A stretch of 64,000 bases of DNA from Giardia intestinalis (taxonomy: Eukaryota), in NCBI GenBank assembly GCA_000002435.2, contig CM018793.1; one strand, given 5' to 3'. Made by a program: the position numbers and the translations under genes. Below the pieces are notes generated by a model. The model had not been told where the DNA came from and did not search any database. It saw only the letters and a list, made by a program, of their open reading frames with translations. Shown here one piece after another: positions 54,362-64,000 of this stretch; position 1 is the first letter of the stretch; each line of letters starts with the position of its first letter.

Positions 54362-54500
54362 TTAAATTTAGGATCTGAAGTTTGAGAAGGTTTTATGTTA
54401 AGTTTCCTTCATGTCGTTTTTACCACGTTAGTTGTTGGACATGTTGCCATAAAAGCTAAAATTGCACGGAACTGGCAAAGCAAGGATTCGAAGGAGATAA

Positions 54501-55712
54501 ATGGCGGACTACATGGACTACAGCACAATAGGGCCTGGGCCCGCCGGTTACACGATAAAGTCTCATCTGGGAGAGGCTCCTGCGTGGTCCTTGAAAGGTA
54601 GGCACCCGCAGAAAGGTGAGAACATTGGGCCAGGACCAGGGGCCTATCGCGATCACGAGGGGCCACGAGGCCCGGCATTTTCCTTCTCGGGGCGAGAAGG
54701 GGTTGAATATGCGAATATCAGCCCCGGTCCTGCAGCTTATTCTCAGAATGTGCGACCAATCAAACCCCAGTCTCCCTCATTTTCACTCCGGAGCCGGACG
54801 ACTATTCGCGGCGGCAACGAAAACCCAGGACCAGGGGCATATGAGCAAAATGTCGACCCTATTAAGGAACGTGCCCCAGCGTCGAGTTTGAGGAGCCGTG
54901 TTGGCGCTGATATCATTAACACAAACCCTGGTCCCGGGGCGTACAACCAAGACATCAGGCCAACTAAGGCATCTGCGCCGTCTTACTCTCTGTCAGGACG
55001 TCCAGAGAATGCTGCCATAGACACAATCCCCGGACCAGGCGCATATAGCATTGCGACCCACCTTTCCGGACCTGCGTCTACTCTCAAGGGTAGAACATCC
55101 ACGCATACGCCCGACAACTACCCAGGTCCAGGAGCATATGAGCAGGATGTACGGGCCGTTAAGCCGGCGCTGCCTGCGTTTTCGTTGCGAAGCCGGCATG
55201 GACCAGAGAGCACAAACATCAATCCGGGTCCAGGTACCTATGAACAGGATGTGTCCCAGATCAAACCAGCGGCTCCCGCTTATTCCCTCTCTGGCAAGAA
55301 CGTCAATCTCCTAAAGAATACCAACCCGGGTCCTGGGACATATGAGCATACTAAGTTCAGCTCTGTAAAAGAACGGGGTCCTGCTTACAGCCTTTCTGGC
55401 CGGACTCTCATCGGACGCGTCACTGTAACTCCTGGTCCCGGTGCATACAATGACGACAAGTACTACAGGTTGGGCGCTCATGGACCTGCGATTAGTATAG
55501 GCACAAAGTATAGAACACGCAGAACGCATGCTAGCCCCGGGCCAGGGGACTACGAAATCGCTCTGTCGCACAGCGTGCCATCATTCAAACTCTTGGCACA
55601 AGGGCATGGCAATAGGGTTCAGCAGTCGACACCTGGGTTTTATAAGCTGCCCTCTACACTCGGCGGACCAGCCTTTTCTATGTCTAGCAGAACAAAGATG
55701 AAGTATTATTGA
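54501..55712 (+). CDS. SHIPPO (STPGR, sperm-tail PG-rich repeat) protein, ODF3-like axonemal protein
   Basis: About 14 copies of the PGPGAY/PGPGTY motif spaced ~27 aa apart. Confidence 0.85.
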   Translation: MADYMDYSTIGPGPAGYTIKSHLGEAPAWSLKGRHPQKGENIGPGPGAYRDHEGPRGPAFSFSGREGVEYANISPGPAAYSQNVRPIKPQSPSFSLRSRTTIRGGNENPGPGAYEQNVDPIKERAPASSLRSRVGADIINTNPGPGAYNQDIRPTKASAPSYSLSGRPENAAIDTIPGPGAYSIATHLSGPASTLKGRTSTHTPDNYPGPGAYEQDVRAVKPALPAFSLRSRHGPESTNINPGPGTYEQDVSQIKPAAPAYSLSGKNVNLLKNTNPGPGTYEHTKFSSVKERGPAYSLSGRTLIGRVTVTPGPGAYNDDKYYRLGAHGPAISIGTKYRTRRTHASPGPGDYEIALSHSVPSFKLLAQGHGNRVQQSTPGFYKLPSTLGGPAFSMSSRTKMKYY

Positions 55713-56065
55713 TGCTCTTGGTGGGCTAACTCTTTCACTTGGGTTTTCTAAGCACAGACTCGTTAAAGTTTGGAAGGAGCTGGTTCTAGATATCCAGGTT
55801 GTGATTACAAGATTGATCAATCTCATCGCTTATGGAGGAAGCTGCAGCTAGTGGTTGGTAGGCTTTGGCTCTGAGCCAGTCAGATGAGCAACTGTGAGCC
55901 CAGAAACAGTGCCTTGCTAATACGACCACTTGAGGGGATCTTCTCGAATTAGAGTGACGCCTACGGGAAGCATGTGTGCAACCATTTTACAGCCAAGCTG
56001 TGAAGAAAATCTGAGTGCGCTAAAGGAATAGACATTCACAACTAGGAGTAGCCATTTATCAGAGA

Positions 56066-59000
56066 TTAGGAGGAAAGAATAACGTTGAAAAACACTCTAT
56101 CTAGTGAGGCCTGCAGCAGAGACCAATCACAAATAACCTTCTTTTGCGTGCGAGCAAGCTTCGCCATTTCAATGAATGCATGTGGAGCAGTCAGCTTATC
56201 GGAAACATCATAAGTGAGCGTTCCTGCAACATTGTTACGCAGCAGCACACTGCTCCCGAAGGTTTCCTCCATAAGTTTGTGGCCCATCTCTTCTAATTCG
56301 TAATTAAGTGACACCCCGTTAACCGTTACACCAGACCCCGGCTTTGAATCATGGGTGACCTCCACCATAATTTGCAGTGCTCCTCCATACCTTTCCTGGA
56401 GGTAAGTGCACTTTCCAATGCACTTTAACAGCCCACGGTCCATGATAGCTATCCGGTTACATAAGGCCTGTGCCTCATCCATAGCGTGTGTGGTGAGCAG
56501 AATGGCGCGATGTGAACGTATCCTCAGAATGATGTTCCAGAGGAGCCTCTTTGACACAGGATCCAGGCCTGTGCTGGGCTCATCTAAGTAAAGGACAGAC
56601 GGCGACCCCGTAAGTGCTATTGCGACAGATAGCCGACGCTTCTGGCCACCGGATAACGATTTGACCTTGCTGTTGGCCTTTTCCACCAGCCCCACAGACT
56701 CTAGAAGTTCATCAATATGAGTTTTCTCGTCTTCCTTGGCAATGTTCTTTAGACGACAGGAATACTTTAAATGCTGCCTGCACGTGAGAGTAGGGTAAAG
56801 GATGTCAAACTGTGGACAGATGCCTGTAACAGATTGAATGTAAGCCTTATTATAGGGGTCAACTAAGCTTTTGTCCAAAACATACGCCTCGCCGGTCGTC
56901 GCGCGGTGGAGCATCGTGAGGATGTTGATCGTCGTCGTCTTGGCGGCGCCGTTCGGGCCCAGGAGCCCGAGGCACTCGCCCTCTGCGACCGTGAAGGAGA
57001 CGCCCCGGACCGCGTGCTTCTCGGGCGAGAGCCGCGTCGCGGGGTACGTCTTCGTCAGGTCTATCGCGCGGATCAAAACAGGTCTCTCATTAAAGCCTTT
57101 TGTTGCACACTTAGCCCGCTTGCTTTCTGCAGACACGTCGGATTCCGAAATACAGTCTATGTGTGTTGTGCTCTTGATTGTCTTCAAATGGTCTATTGAC
57201 ATCGCATTTGAAGTAACCTGTGTACTGGATTCGAATCTACCACCATTAGGAGACAAAGGATCCACTGCAGTGCTCAATAAATGACCCGGAACGTGCTCTT
57301 CCTTACTGCGCTCTGACTCAGGAATGTATGGCTTAAAGTCTGTTGAGTCCATGAGGCTAATGTGGGTGTTTCTGCGCTGAGAACAGCACATACGGTCTGG
57401 ATGCACAAGTGCCCATGTGACCGCTTTACAGATGGACCCTGTTGTGATGTGCTTCGTCCTTCTGCCACGTAGCTTGTCCACCTTATTGACCACCGGAAGA
57501 AGGAAAAAGAGCCAGTGGTTTGGTATTCCCGTTTTCTTTGGCATTACCAGATCAATGTACATAGAAAGCAGTGCCATAAGGACCGTGGAAATAACGCTCA
57601 AAATTAGTGAAATGGAAACAGACTGACCCACATATGCCCGCGACAGCAGCGAGTCATAAACGTAAAAGCGAAGATCTGTAATGTGTAAGTAAAGAGAATC
57701 AGTTTGAAGAATCGCCAAGCTCTGCAGCTGTGAATGTACACTGATTGGCCCAAAGAAGGGAATGAGAGCAAACCAAGGGCTAATGCTCCTGTCAATTATC
57801 GTTGTTGAGGCGAAGTTGGCAGTACCAAGAAAGCCTCCGACAGCGTATCCGAATGCTATAACGACGGCCAGAAGAGCGGCAATGCGCCCACTTTCAAAGA
57901 AGGCAGCAATGAATGCACTGAAGATAGCGACGTTAGCAGAAAAAAGCAAAAACATCGGCAGCCAAGCCGCAAAGGTGTTCATACGTATCCCATTCAGATC
58001 TCCCGCATAGCACATAATCACAAGAAGCACAGCTACGCAGAAGCTTAGAATAAAATTATAGGTAAAGTCGGCTAACCACCTATTCGTGTATCTCTGGCCC
58101 ATCATGCTGTGTAAATGAACCATTCCGCTGGACTTCTCCTCAACAAGAGCAAATATCATCAACGGGCTCACAATGAACATTAGCAAAGGGATAACCAGGC
58201 CCAGGAGCAGCGGGGTCATCCCATCGGGGCCAAGAAAATCACCTGTCGAACGTCGCCAGAACGGGGCGTTCTTTCCTATGATAAGAGGGCCGTCGACCTC
58301 AACACTCCCGGTTGCCGACGTAGACACTCCATAAATCTGATTGACCATATTTCTAAGGCAGAGGTGAAAGTGCAAAACTTGAATTTCAAGCAGACGATCG
58401 TGATCCGTCTGATCAATGTAGTAGGCCTGCATCTTGCTGTAGAAGAAGGTATCATATGAGTAATCAATGCTAAGCACATCTCCGTCGGATTCTCGAGCAA
58501 TGCGAATGGGTGAGGGGCTTACTGCCTGACCAAAGCGAATACCAAAAGATGGAATCTCGTTGACCTTTATACCAACGATCCCGTCGTTGTAATAAATAGG
58601 GTTACTCGTATTAGAGACCGCATCTCTGTACAGCTCAGAGGTCCTCTTGGCGTGGTAGAAGAGCTTGTCCTCGTTTGAAACGCCCGCAGCTGTGATGTTA
58701 TCAGGAGCCTTGCTGTATTCAACACCCGGGCCAGTGAAGTTCATATATAAGTAATTGTCGTAGTATGAAGTAAAGTTTGTGTAATATGGAACTTTAGCTT
58801 TTAGAGCTAAGTAATTCTGGGTACTATCGCTAACAAGCTCATGAGCAGGATTGGTACGTATAACAGACGTGGTCCCATATTCTGTGCGGAGCGCCAAGCC
58901 TAGGGAAATATCATTGAACGGTTTTTCCAAAGCACTCAAATAGCCCTTGGACTGCCCAAGGGTATTACTATACAAAAGAGACCCCAAGTCGAAGTGCGAA

Positions 59001-59368
59001 AGGTAGTGGATATTAAATATGTTTGTAGGAGCAAGGCTGGGATAGGGGTTCGATATCCAATTACCGACAACAATATTGGAGTCGTTCGAAGAGTCTCCTG
59101 AAGGACCTCCCGTCACATCATATTTAAGAGAAGCTGTGGAGACGCTATTCAGATAGTACCTATGCAGCAGTATTATGCACAGCATCAGTACGAAAGTCAG
59201 AACCAAGACGCTGAGAAATCCCCCGAAGGAGGCGCAGAAGAGCGTCCAGTTTTTAAGAAAGACTCCCAACCACTGTCTGTTGCGTCTGGATTTGGCCAGT
59301 GGCGAGTCCTCTCCCAAGACCATTGGATCTTGCTTTTTTTCAAAAAACCGAATGCCACCCAAGCCCAA
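56066..59368 (-). CDS. ABC transporter, ABCA-like half transporter (TM1, large ectodomain, TM2-6, single C-terminal NBD)
   Basis: Walker A GLLGPNGAAKTT, signature LSGGQKRRLSVAIAL, Walker B LYLDEPSTGLDP and H-loop THAMDEA are present. N-terminal TM then ~330-aa loop with N-glyc sequons then TM cluster. Start may be Met 59323. Confidence 0.9.
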   Translation of the reverse strand: MGLGGIRFFEKKQDPMVLGEDSPLAKSRRNRQWLGVFLKNWTLFCASFGGFLSVLVLTFVLMLCIILLHRYYLNSVSTASLKYDVTGGPSGDSSNDSNIVVGNWISNPYPSLAPTNIFNIHYLSHFDLGSLLYSNTLGQSKGYLSALEKPFNDISLGLALRTEYGTTSVIRTNPAHELVSDSTQNYLALKAKVPYYTNFTSYYDNYLYMNFTGPGVEYSKAPDNITAAGVSNEDKLFYHAKRTSELYRDAVSNTSNPIYYNDGIVGIKVNEIPSFGIRFGQAVSPSPIRIARESDGDVLSIDYSYDTFFYSKMQAYYIDQTDHDRLLEIQVLHFHLCLRNMVNQIYGVSTSATGSVEVDGPLIIGKNAPFWRRSTGDFLGPDGMTPLLLGLVIPLLMFIVSPLMIFALVEEKSSGMVHLHSMMGQRYTNRWLADFTYNFILSFCVAVLLVIMCYAGDLNGIRMNTFAAWLPMFLLFSANVAIFSAFIAAFFESGRIAALLAVVIAFGYAVGGFLGTANFASTTIIDRSISPWFALIPFFGPISVHSQLQSLAILQTDSLYLHITDLRFYVYDSLLSRAYVGQSVSISLILSVISTVLMALLSMYIDLVMPKKTGIPNHWLFFLLPVVNKVDKLRGRRTKHITTGSICKAVTWALVHPDRMCCSQRRNTHISLMDSTDFKPYIPESERSKEEHVPGHLLSTAVDPLSPNGGRFESSTQVTSNAMSIDHLKTIKSTTHIDCISESDVSAESKRAKCATKGFNERPVLIRAIDLTKTYPATRLSPEKHAVRGVSFTVAEGECLGLLGPNGAAKTTTINILTMLHRATTGEAYVLDKSLVDPYNKAYIQSVTGICPQFDILYPTLTCRQHLKYSCRLKNIAKEDEKTHIDELLESVGLVEKANSKVKSLSGGQKRRLSVAIALTGSPSVLYLDEPSTGLDPVSKRLLWNIILRIRSHRAILLTTHAMDEAQALCNRIAIMDRGLLKCIGKCTYLQERYGGALQIMVEVTHDSKPGSGVTVNGVSLNYELEEMGHKLMEETFGSSVLLRNNVAGTLTYDVSDKLTAPHAFIEMAKLARTQKKVICDWSLLQASLDRVFFNVILSS

Positions 59369-59984
59369 GCAAATAGACGCATCTCAAGAGAAGAAGACGG
59401 CGGATGACCTGCCAGAGCTCCCGGCAAAGGGCACGCAGAAGTTTATATACGTGTCCGGGACTGTCTATGAGGGGGAGTACGACACTATTGACGGGCAAAT
59501 TTACAGACACGGACTCGGAAAGCTGATCGAGAACCTTTCGCCGGTGGACCCCGATGAGTGTCCAGGCTTCGATCCGCTAGAGCCGCCCCCTGGCTCGTGC
59601 CGCGCCCAGGTATTTGACGGCCTTTGGGTGAAGGACGCCTTTCAAAAGGGGAAGATTTCTTACGTAGATGGCTCGGAATACGTCGGTGAAATTGATAGTA
59701 ATGGGTCTTATGTAACAGGAGGTGTTTATATATTCCCCTGTGGATCTAGGTGGATTGGTGGGTTTCTAGGCTGTGAAATGCATGGAGAAGGCCACTTTAT
59801 TGACAAAGACGGTGTTGCGTGGAGAGGAACAATGAATCATAACAATTGCTCTTCCATGATTAGAGTTCACGGGTATGTCCACAAGGATCCGGTGCTTTTC
59901 GAGACAAATAACGGATCCCCGGCCAGTCTTACAAATACATTGTCCCATAAGGACGTAGATAAAACGGAGACTACGCACCAGTAG
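59352..59984 (+). CDS. MORN-repeat protein (start taken at internal Met 59352; ORF-track start 59175 would overlap the divergent ABC gene)
   Basis: MORN-like units YEGEYDTIDGQIYRHGLGKL, YVGEIDSNGSYVTGGVYIF and WIGGFLGCEMHGEGHFIDKDGVAWRGTM. Confidence 0.65.
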   Translation: MPPKPKQIDASQEKKTADDLPELPAKGTQKFIYVSGTVYEGEYDTIDGQIYRHGLGKLIENLSPVDPDECPGFDPLEPPPGSCRAQVFDGLWVKDAFQKGKISYVDGSEYVGEIDSNGSYVTGGVYIFPCGSRWIGGFLGCEMHGEGHFIDKDGVAWRGTMNHNNCSSMIRVHGYVHKDPVLFETNNGSPASLTNTLSHKDVDKTETTHQ

Positions 59985-61359
59985 TCCGGAAGGAGTCAAT
60001 AGAACTGATGCAACATACATTATTATCCATCCTGTAATACAGCTCGCAGACAGCTTCTAATAGAGTGTTACACATTTTGGTTATGGGATGAGCCTCTTCT
60101 CGCCCTTCTTGCCCACTGGCCGATGCGTCCCAGATCTTTTCTCTACTCTCTATCGTAATTTTCTGCCTCAAATCAACGTTGGCTGCGGCAAGATCACGCC
60201 CTATTAACCTCATCACATGTGATGTAAGCTGACTAACCGTGACGAAAGCTGGCATGTCTCGTGCAATTAAAAGATATTCTAGTGCCAGCATGATTCTGTT
60301 TCGCCGCTGTTCTAGTGATCTCTCCGCCAGCTGTATTCTAATAACCGACTCCTCTGTCTCCTCTGGTGAAACGATCCATGTCTTTATGAGGTCTGCATAC
60401 ATGGGAGCGTCTAATGGGTATTCCTGGACTGCTTTGCTTGCGACATATACGCATTTCCGTAAAGATTGATCCATAGCAAGTCGCTTCTGTACCTTTTGCT
60501 GATCGGTCCAGTGCTCACCAATGGCACAAGTCAGATTGGTGATAGTCGGAGACTCTTTATTTAGTCCGTCTCTGCAATTGTAAACACCGGCATTTTCAGT
60601 TAGCATGCTCGCTGACATGGTTCCGTGACAGCCAGTGAGGGACCGGAGATGCTCGTGTGTCTCCAGATTCCAGACCCCGCCGTTTGCAAAGAAGATGAGG
60701 TGGGGGTAGGAAGCACGTAGATTGTTGAGAATAGACGCAAGCGCCTGCCAATCAGGCAGCCCAACGGCCGATCCGGTGCGTTGCAGCCTTGTGCGTCCAT
60801 GAAGGGTAAACATCGCTATTCCTGTGCTGCAGAGACGAAGACACATCTTAACCGTATCTTTGTCGGATATATCAAGCCTAGTCTTAACGGCAACCTTGTG
60901 TCCTAGTCCAGAGCGTGCGGTAACGGCCACCAACGTGCGCAGGATCTCTTCCGCAAGATCCAAGTGCCCCATGAGGTAGGCACCATATTTTCCACGCAGC
61001 GCCACGGCCTGGGGACACCCCATGTTGAGCTCCACTACATCAAAGCAACACCCTGCACCCATTTGGACTAGGGTATTGTACGCTAACTCAAAGTTAGACG
61101 GATTATTTCCTGATAGTTGCAGAACAAGCGGTCTATCGATGCTTTCTCCGTGCTTGAGCTCATCGACGAGTTGGGTCATCGCTTTGGACGACGTGACAAG
61201 AGTGTTTGTACTATGCATGGGGGTCCATGCAAGCTCTACGCCGTACCTCCGTGTTAGTAAACGATATGGAAGCTCAGATCCGTCCACCATGGGTGCTATC
61301 CCTTTGGTTGGCGACCCCAGCTTGACGTACCATTCCGGATCTGTGGAATGCTGATACAT
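59971..61359 (-). CDS. tRNA-dihydrouridine synthase (Dus family, TIM-barrel flavoenzyme)
   Basis: APMVDGSELPYRLLTRRYGVELAWTPM matches the Dus N-terminal motif (APMVxxSxLPFRxLxRxYG). VELNMGCPQAVALRGKYGAYLM matches the active-site region (D/E-LNxGCP). C-terminal helical domain. Confidence 0.85.
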   Translation of the reverse strand: MYQHSTDPEWYVKLGSPTKGIAPMVDGSELPYRLLTRRYGVELAWTPMHSTNTLVTSSKAMTQLVDELKHGESIDRPLVLQLSGNNPSNFELAYNTLVQMGAGCCFDVVELNMGCPQAVALRGKYGAYLMGHLDLAEEILRTLVAVTARSGLGHKVAVKTRLDISDKDTVKMCLRLCSTGIAMFTLHGRTRLQRTGSAVGLPDWQALASILNNLRASYPHLIFFANGGVWNLETHEHLRSLTGCHGTMSASMLTENAGVYNCRDGLNKESPTITNLTCAIGEHWTDQQKVQKRLAMDQSLRKCVYVASKAVQEYPLDAPMYADLIKTWIVSPEETEESVIRIQLAERSLEQRRNRIMLALEYLLIARDMPAFVTVSQLTSHVMRLIGRDLAAANVDLRQKITIESREKIWDASASGQEGREEAHPITKMCNTLLEAVCELYYRMDNNVCCISSIDSFRTTGA

Positions 61360-61368
61360 TCTTAAAAA

Positions 61369-62118
61369 TTGCTTTGTTTTGATTTATCCGGCATGCTCAC
61401 ATCTCCCAAGTACTACTCACCCGGTGATCCGCTCCTCTTAAGACAAGGCGGAGAGAAGGGAGATATCGGCGAATTAGATACACTGCGCCACAACGTATCC
61501 CAGAGCTCATTTGCAGAGCTACTTAAGTATGCTCCAAATGCGCCCCCGCAGGCAGGAAGGGTGGACTATGACGGAATTATGGCCAGCGTTTTGCCACCAA
61601 GAGGACTCTCTACAAAAGAAGAGCTTGCAGACATGCCCAGGGAAAAGGCCGCTGACAAGGTTATTCCGACTTATGAGCAGCCACCCAAGCGGCCACAAAG
61701 AAATTTACAACACGGAGATCCTCGGTTTATCGGAAAGATCAACCAACTTGAAGTGCAGAGAAATTACGCCTTCATTGGTGAGCTTAGGCGCGAAGAATTG
61801 AAGGAATGCGATGCGCAGTACCGTGCACTTTCTGAGGATACGCCGGAAGAGAAAAGAGAGGCACTCCGTATGAAACTCCTCAAGCTCAAGAGGCAGGTAG
61901 GTGAGATGGAGAGGCGTAAAGCAGAGGAAGACATACGCGAGAAGCTGGTTAAAGCAGAGCTTCGTGCAATCGTACAAGGAAAAAGACCTGATTTCATAAA
62001 GGACAGAGATATCAAAAGGCTCACATCGGAAAGCCTATACTGTGCCAGCGCTGGTACACGTAAGGGCGATAGAAGGCTGCAAAAGGCACGGAGGAGGCAA
62101 CGCTTGTTGACCTTGTAA
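61369..62118 (+). CDS. Hypothetical charged/coiled-coil protein (249 aa)
   Basis: ORF only. K/R/E-rich C-terminal half. No family recognised. Confidence 0.5.
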   Translation: MLCFDLSGMLTSPKYYSPGDPLLLRQGGEKGDIGELDTLRHNVSQSSFAELLKYAPNAPPQAGRVDYDGIMASVLPPRGLSTKEELADMPREKAADKVIPTYEQPPKRPQRNLQHGDPRFIGKINQLEVQRNYAFIGELRREELKECDAQYRALSEDTPEEKREALRMKLLKLKRQVGEMERRKAEEDIREKLVKAELRAIVQGKRPDFIKDRDIKRLTSESLYCASAGTRKGDRRLQKARRRQRLLTL

Positions 62119-62143
62119 TCGTGCCCAACGTGGATGGCCAATC

Positions 62144-64000
62144 CTAATCATCAATCTCCTTGGTTTCGCCTGTCATGTTGCTGCTAGTATCAAAAGCGCT
62201 GCCATAGTCGACATTCGCGCGACCATATCTATTGTTGCCGCGAGCTGATACCCCCTTGCTGCTATCACTTTTGCTTTCACCGCTTTCGCTGCATGAGTGT
62301 TCTTCTTTAATGTGCCTATTAAGTTGCTCGTCAAGGGACTCTAGCTGTGCACGTGCCTGCTCAATGGACGCAAGGTGTGTGTACTTACTCCAGTAGTAGA
62401 CAGCGTACAGAACACCCACTATACTAGCAAAGATGTCGCCAAAGAAAACTGATGGAAGAAAATCCACGCTGTCTCCAAGGATGAAGCCATAGCACAGAAT
62501 GGAAACTATGCAGACGACAGTTCGCCCTAGAGAGAGGAGCAGTGAAGGAAGCCACTTTTCTTCCAGCTCACATATTATGAGGATGAGATGGTATGGCCCA
62601 GTAATAATAGGCGAGAGCGCAGCAGCCGTAAAAGCCTTTTGCAGCGTAGGAAACATGAGCACCATCTCCTTGGACGCGGTCTCTCCCCACAGCATTCCCA
62701 TTTTTGGTGTCAACATTGTGATCATGGGTCTGGCGAAGAGCATCCCAAAAATACAAAGAAGAGGAGGAATAATAATGGTATGGAGCAAGGATATTATGAA
62801 CAGACGCTTGGTTTTAAGATAAAGGCCACTCCGAAGGGTGTGCATACTCACTACGCGAAACGAGAGGGCAATCGCAACGGGAACGGCACTAAATATAGAG
62901 TATGATCGCATGTAAATTAAATTCGCCAGCCTGTTGTAGAGAATCTTCTGGTGGTTCTCCTTGTCGTAGGTGGCGTTCATTACACAATTGATGAGCAATA
63001 TGCTGAGTGGAATATATGAATAAGTGAGGTAGTTTTGCGGGAAAAATAAGAACATTTTCCTGAGAATCTGTGCCGGTTTTGGCTGCGGCCTGTCTTCCAA
63101 AGCTCTGGACGAGGCTGTGCGATGCCTCGTGCAACAGTTAAATCGTAGAACGCCTTCATGTGAGATCCCGAAGATGGTAACATCGGTAAACAAGAAGATA
63201 ATCCAGACAGAAATGATAAACTGAGAAAGAAGGGACCCCACGGCTGTCCCAGTAAGCGGAGAAATGTACTTGATATCCTTCGGGTCCTGGATAACGTGGG
63301 TGTCGTAGAGATATTGCTGATTATTGTTGAAGGCCTGGATGTAGAAGTACGACATGATCTGGAAGACTTCTGCAAAAGACATTAAGAAAATGTGCCTAGA
63401 GGCATTCAAAATAATTCTATTCTCAAGAATTAAGAACTGCGAAACAAAGATTGAAAATAGACTTGTTAGTGGATCTGCAATGCTAATTAGAAATAAATAA
63501 ATGGAATGATCGGGACGAAAGGAAGAGAGGTCTTTATCTAAGTTGCTGCTTATGCGTTTCGAAAACAGCCCAAGTAGGGGGCCGAGTAGTAGAGCCCACC
63601 CAATCGCGAAGTAAATGGAATAGTGGAAAACCATCTGTGCGGGACCAGTAAACTTCCGGAGGAAGCTATAGACTAAAAGGTTTGCCGCTGCAGCCATCAG
63701 AGCAAGCTCAACAGATTGGAAGAGCACCTTAAGCAGGGGCACATACGTGGCAAAGGCATATGCGCCATCCAACTGCCCAAATGCCATGACACCCGTGTAT
63801 TCCAAAAACCCCATAGCGCCCTCAAAGAGAAACGCAACGGCGCACGGAATTAAGACAGACCATAAAGCAAAAAGGCTATTCCACGAAACAAAAAGAGGAC
63901 AGTCCCGTAGCTGGGCTTCACCCTTCTGCTGGAGAAGATCGTCTGTAGGATCCCTTTTGAGAAGGGTCTGCTCTATTGCGCTAGTAACCGCCAGCCTCTG
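62144..64000 (-). CDS. Polytopic membrane protein, 5'-partial (reading frame stays open upstream of Met 63814 to the window edge)
   Basis: Manual translation of the minus strand from 64000 to 63815 in the ORF frame gives ...LFVSWNSLFALWSVLIPCAVAFLFEGA- with no stop, continuing into MGFLEY. At least 10 hydrophobic segments. Acidic/Ser-rich C-terminal tail. Confidence 0.6.
   Translation of the reverse strand, partial: QRLAVTSAIEQTLLKRDPTDDLLQQKGEAQLRDCPLFVSWNSLFALWSVLIPCAVAFLFEGAMGFLEYTGVMAFGQLDGAYAFATYVPLLKVLFQSVELALMAAAANLLVYSFLRKFTGPAQMVFHYSIYFAIGWALLLGPLLGLFSKRISSNLDKDLSSFRPDHSIYLFLISIADPLTSLFSIFVSQFLILENRIILNASRHIFLMSFAEVFQIMSYFYIQAFNNNQQYLYDTHVIQDPKDIKYISPLTGTAVGSLLSQFIISVWIIFLFTDVTIFGISHEGVLRFNCCTRHRTASSRALEDRPQPKPAQILRKMFLFFPQNYLTYSYIPLSILLINCVMNATYDKENHQKILYNRLANLIYMRSYSIFSAVPVAIALSFRVVSMHTLRSGLYLKTKRLFIISLLHTIIIPPLLCIFGMLFARPMITMLTPKMGMLWGETASKEMVLMFPTLQKAFTAAALSPIITGPYHLILIICELEEKWLPSLLLSLGRTVVCIVSILCYGFILGDSVDFLPSVFFGDIFASIVGVLYAVYYWSKYTHLASIEQARAQLESLDEQLNRHIKEEHSCSESGESKSDSSKGVSARGNNRYGRANVDYGSAFDTSSNMTGETKEIDD

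Overview
This window looks like a eukaryotic segment, almost certainly from Giardia intestinalis (Giardia lamblia). The evidence is a cysteine-rich surface-protein gene ending in the Giardia VSP tail ...CRGKA, followed by the extended VSP poly(A) motif ACTYAGRTAGTRAAY. Supporting this are NEK kinases fused to ankyrin repeats, a SHIPPO PGPGAY-repeat protein, centrin, and very tightly packed, sometimes overlapping genes with no introns visible. No prokaryotic systems (operons, CRISPR) are present.

Positions 6572-28411 form a ~21.8-kb palindrome. Two inverted arms (6572-13512 and 15207-28411) surround a unique GC-rich 1.7-kb spacer (13513-15206). Each arm carries, at its inner end, a variant-specific surface protein (VSP) gene built almost entirely from a 216-bp (72-aa, 10-Cys) tandem repeat. 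The two VSP genes are convergent, with their 3' ends facing the spacer. Apart from repeat number the arms appear identical at every position checked. The left gene has 2 repeat units (205 aa). The right gene has 31 identical units (2293 aa, ~6.7 kb array), a 6264-bp (29 x 216) difference. Each arm also contains a ~5.3-kb ORF-poor, lower-GC stretch upstream of the VSP and a ~240-bp GC-rich block at its outer boundary.

Flanking the palindrome is ordinary dense Giardia housekeeping coding. It includes an NEK pseudokinase with ankyrin repeats, NatB catalytic subunit NAA20, a DDX3/Ded1-like DEAD-box helicase (DECD variant), an active NEK-ankyrin kinase, and a 21.1-type ankyrin protein. It also includes La protein, a triple-RING protein, a type-I DnaJ with a CaaX box, ribosomal proteins eL42 and eS19, a small tail-anchored SNARE-like ORF, and a Kelch/coiled-coil/WD40 giant protein. 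Further genes are centrin, a SHIPPO-repeat protein, an ABCA-type ABC transporter, a MORN-repeat protein, a tRNA-dihydrouridine synthase and several hypothetical or membrane proteins. Long ORFs on the strand opposite the right VSP (2294 and 2192 aa) are antisense artifacts of the stop-free repeat.
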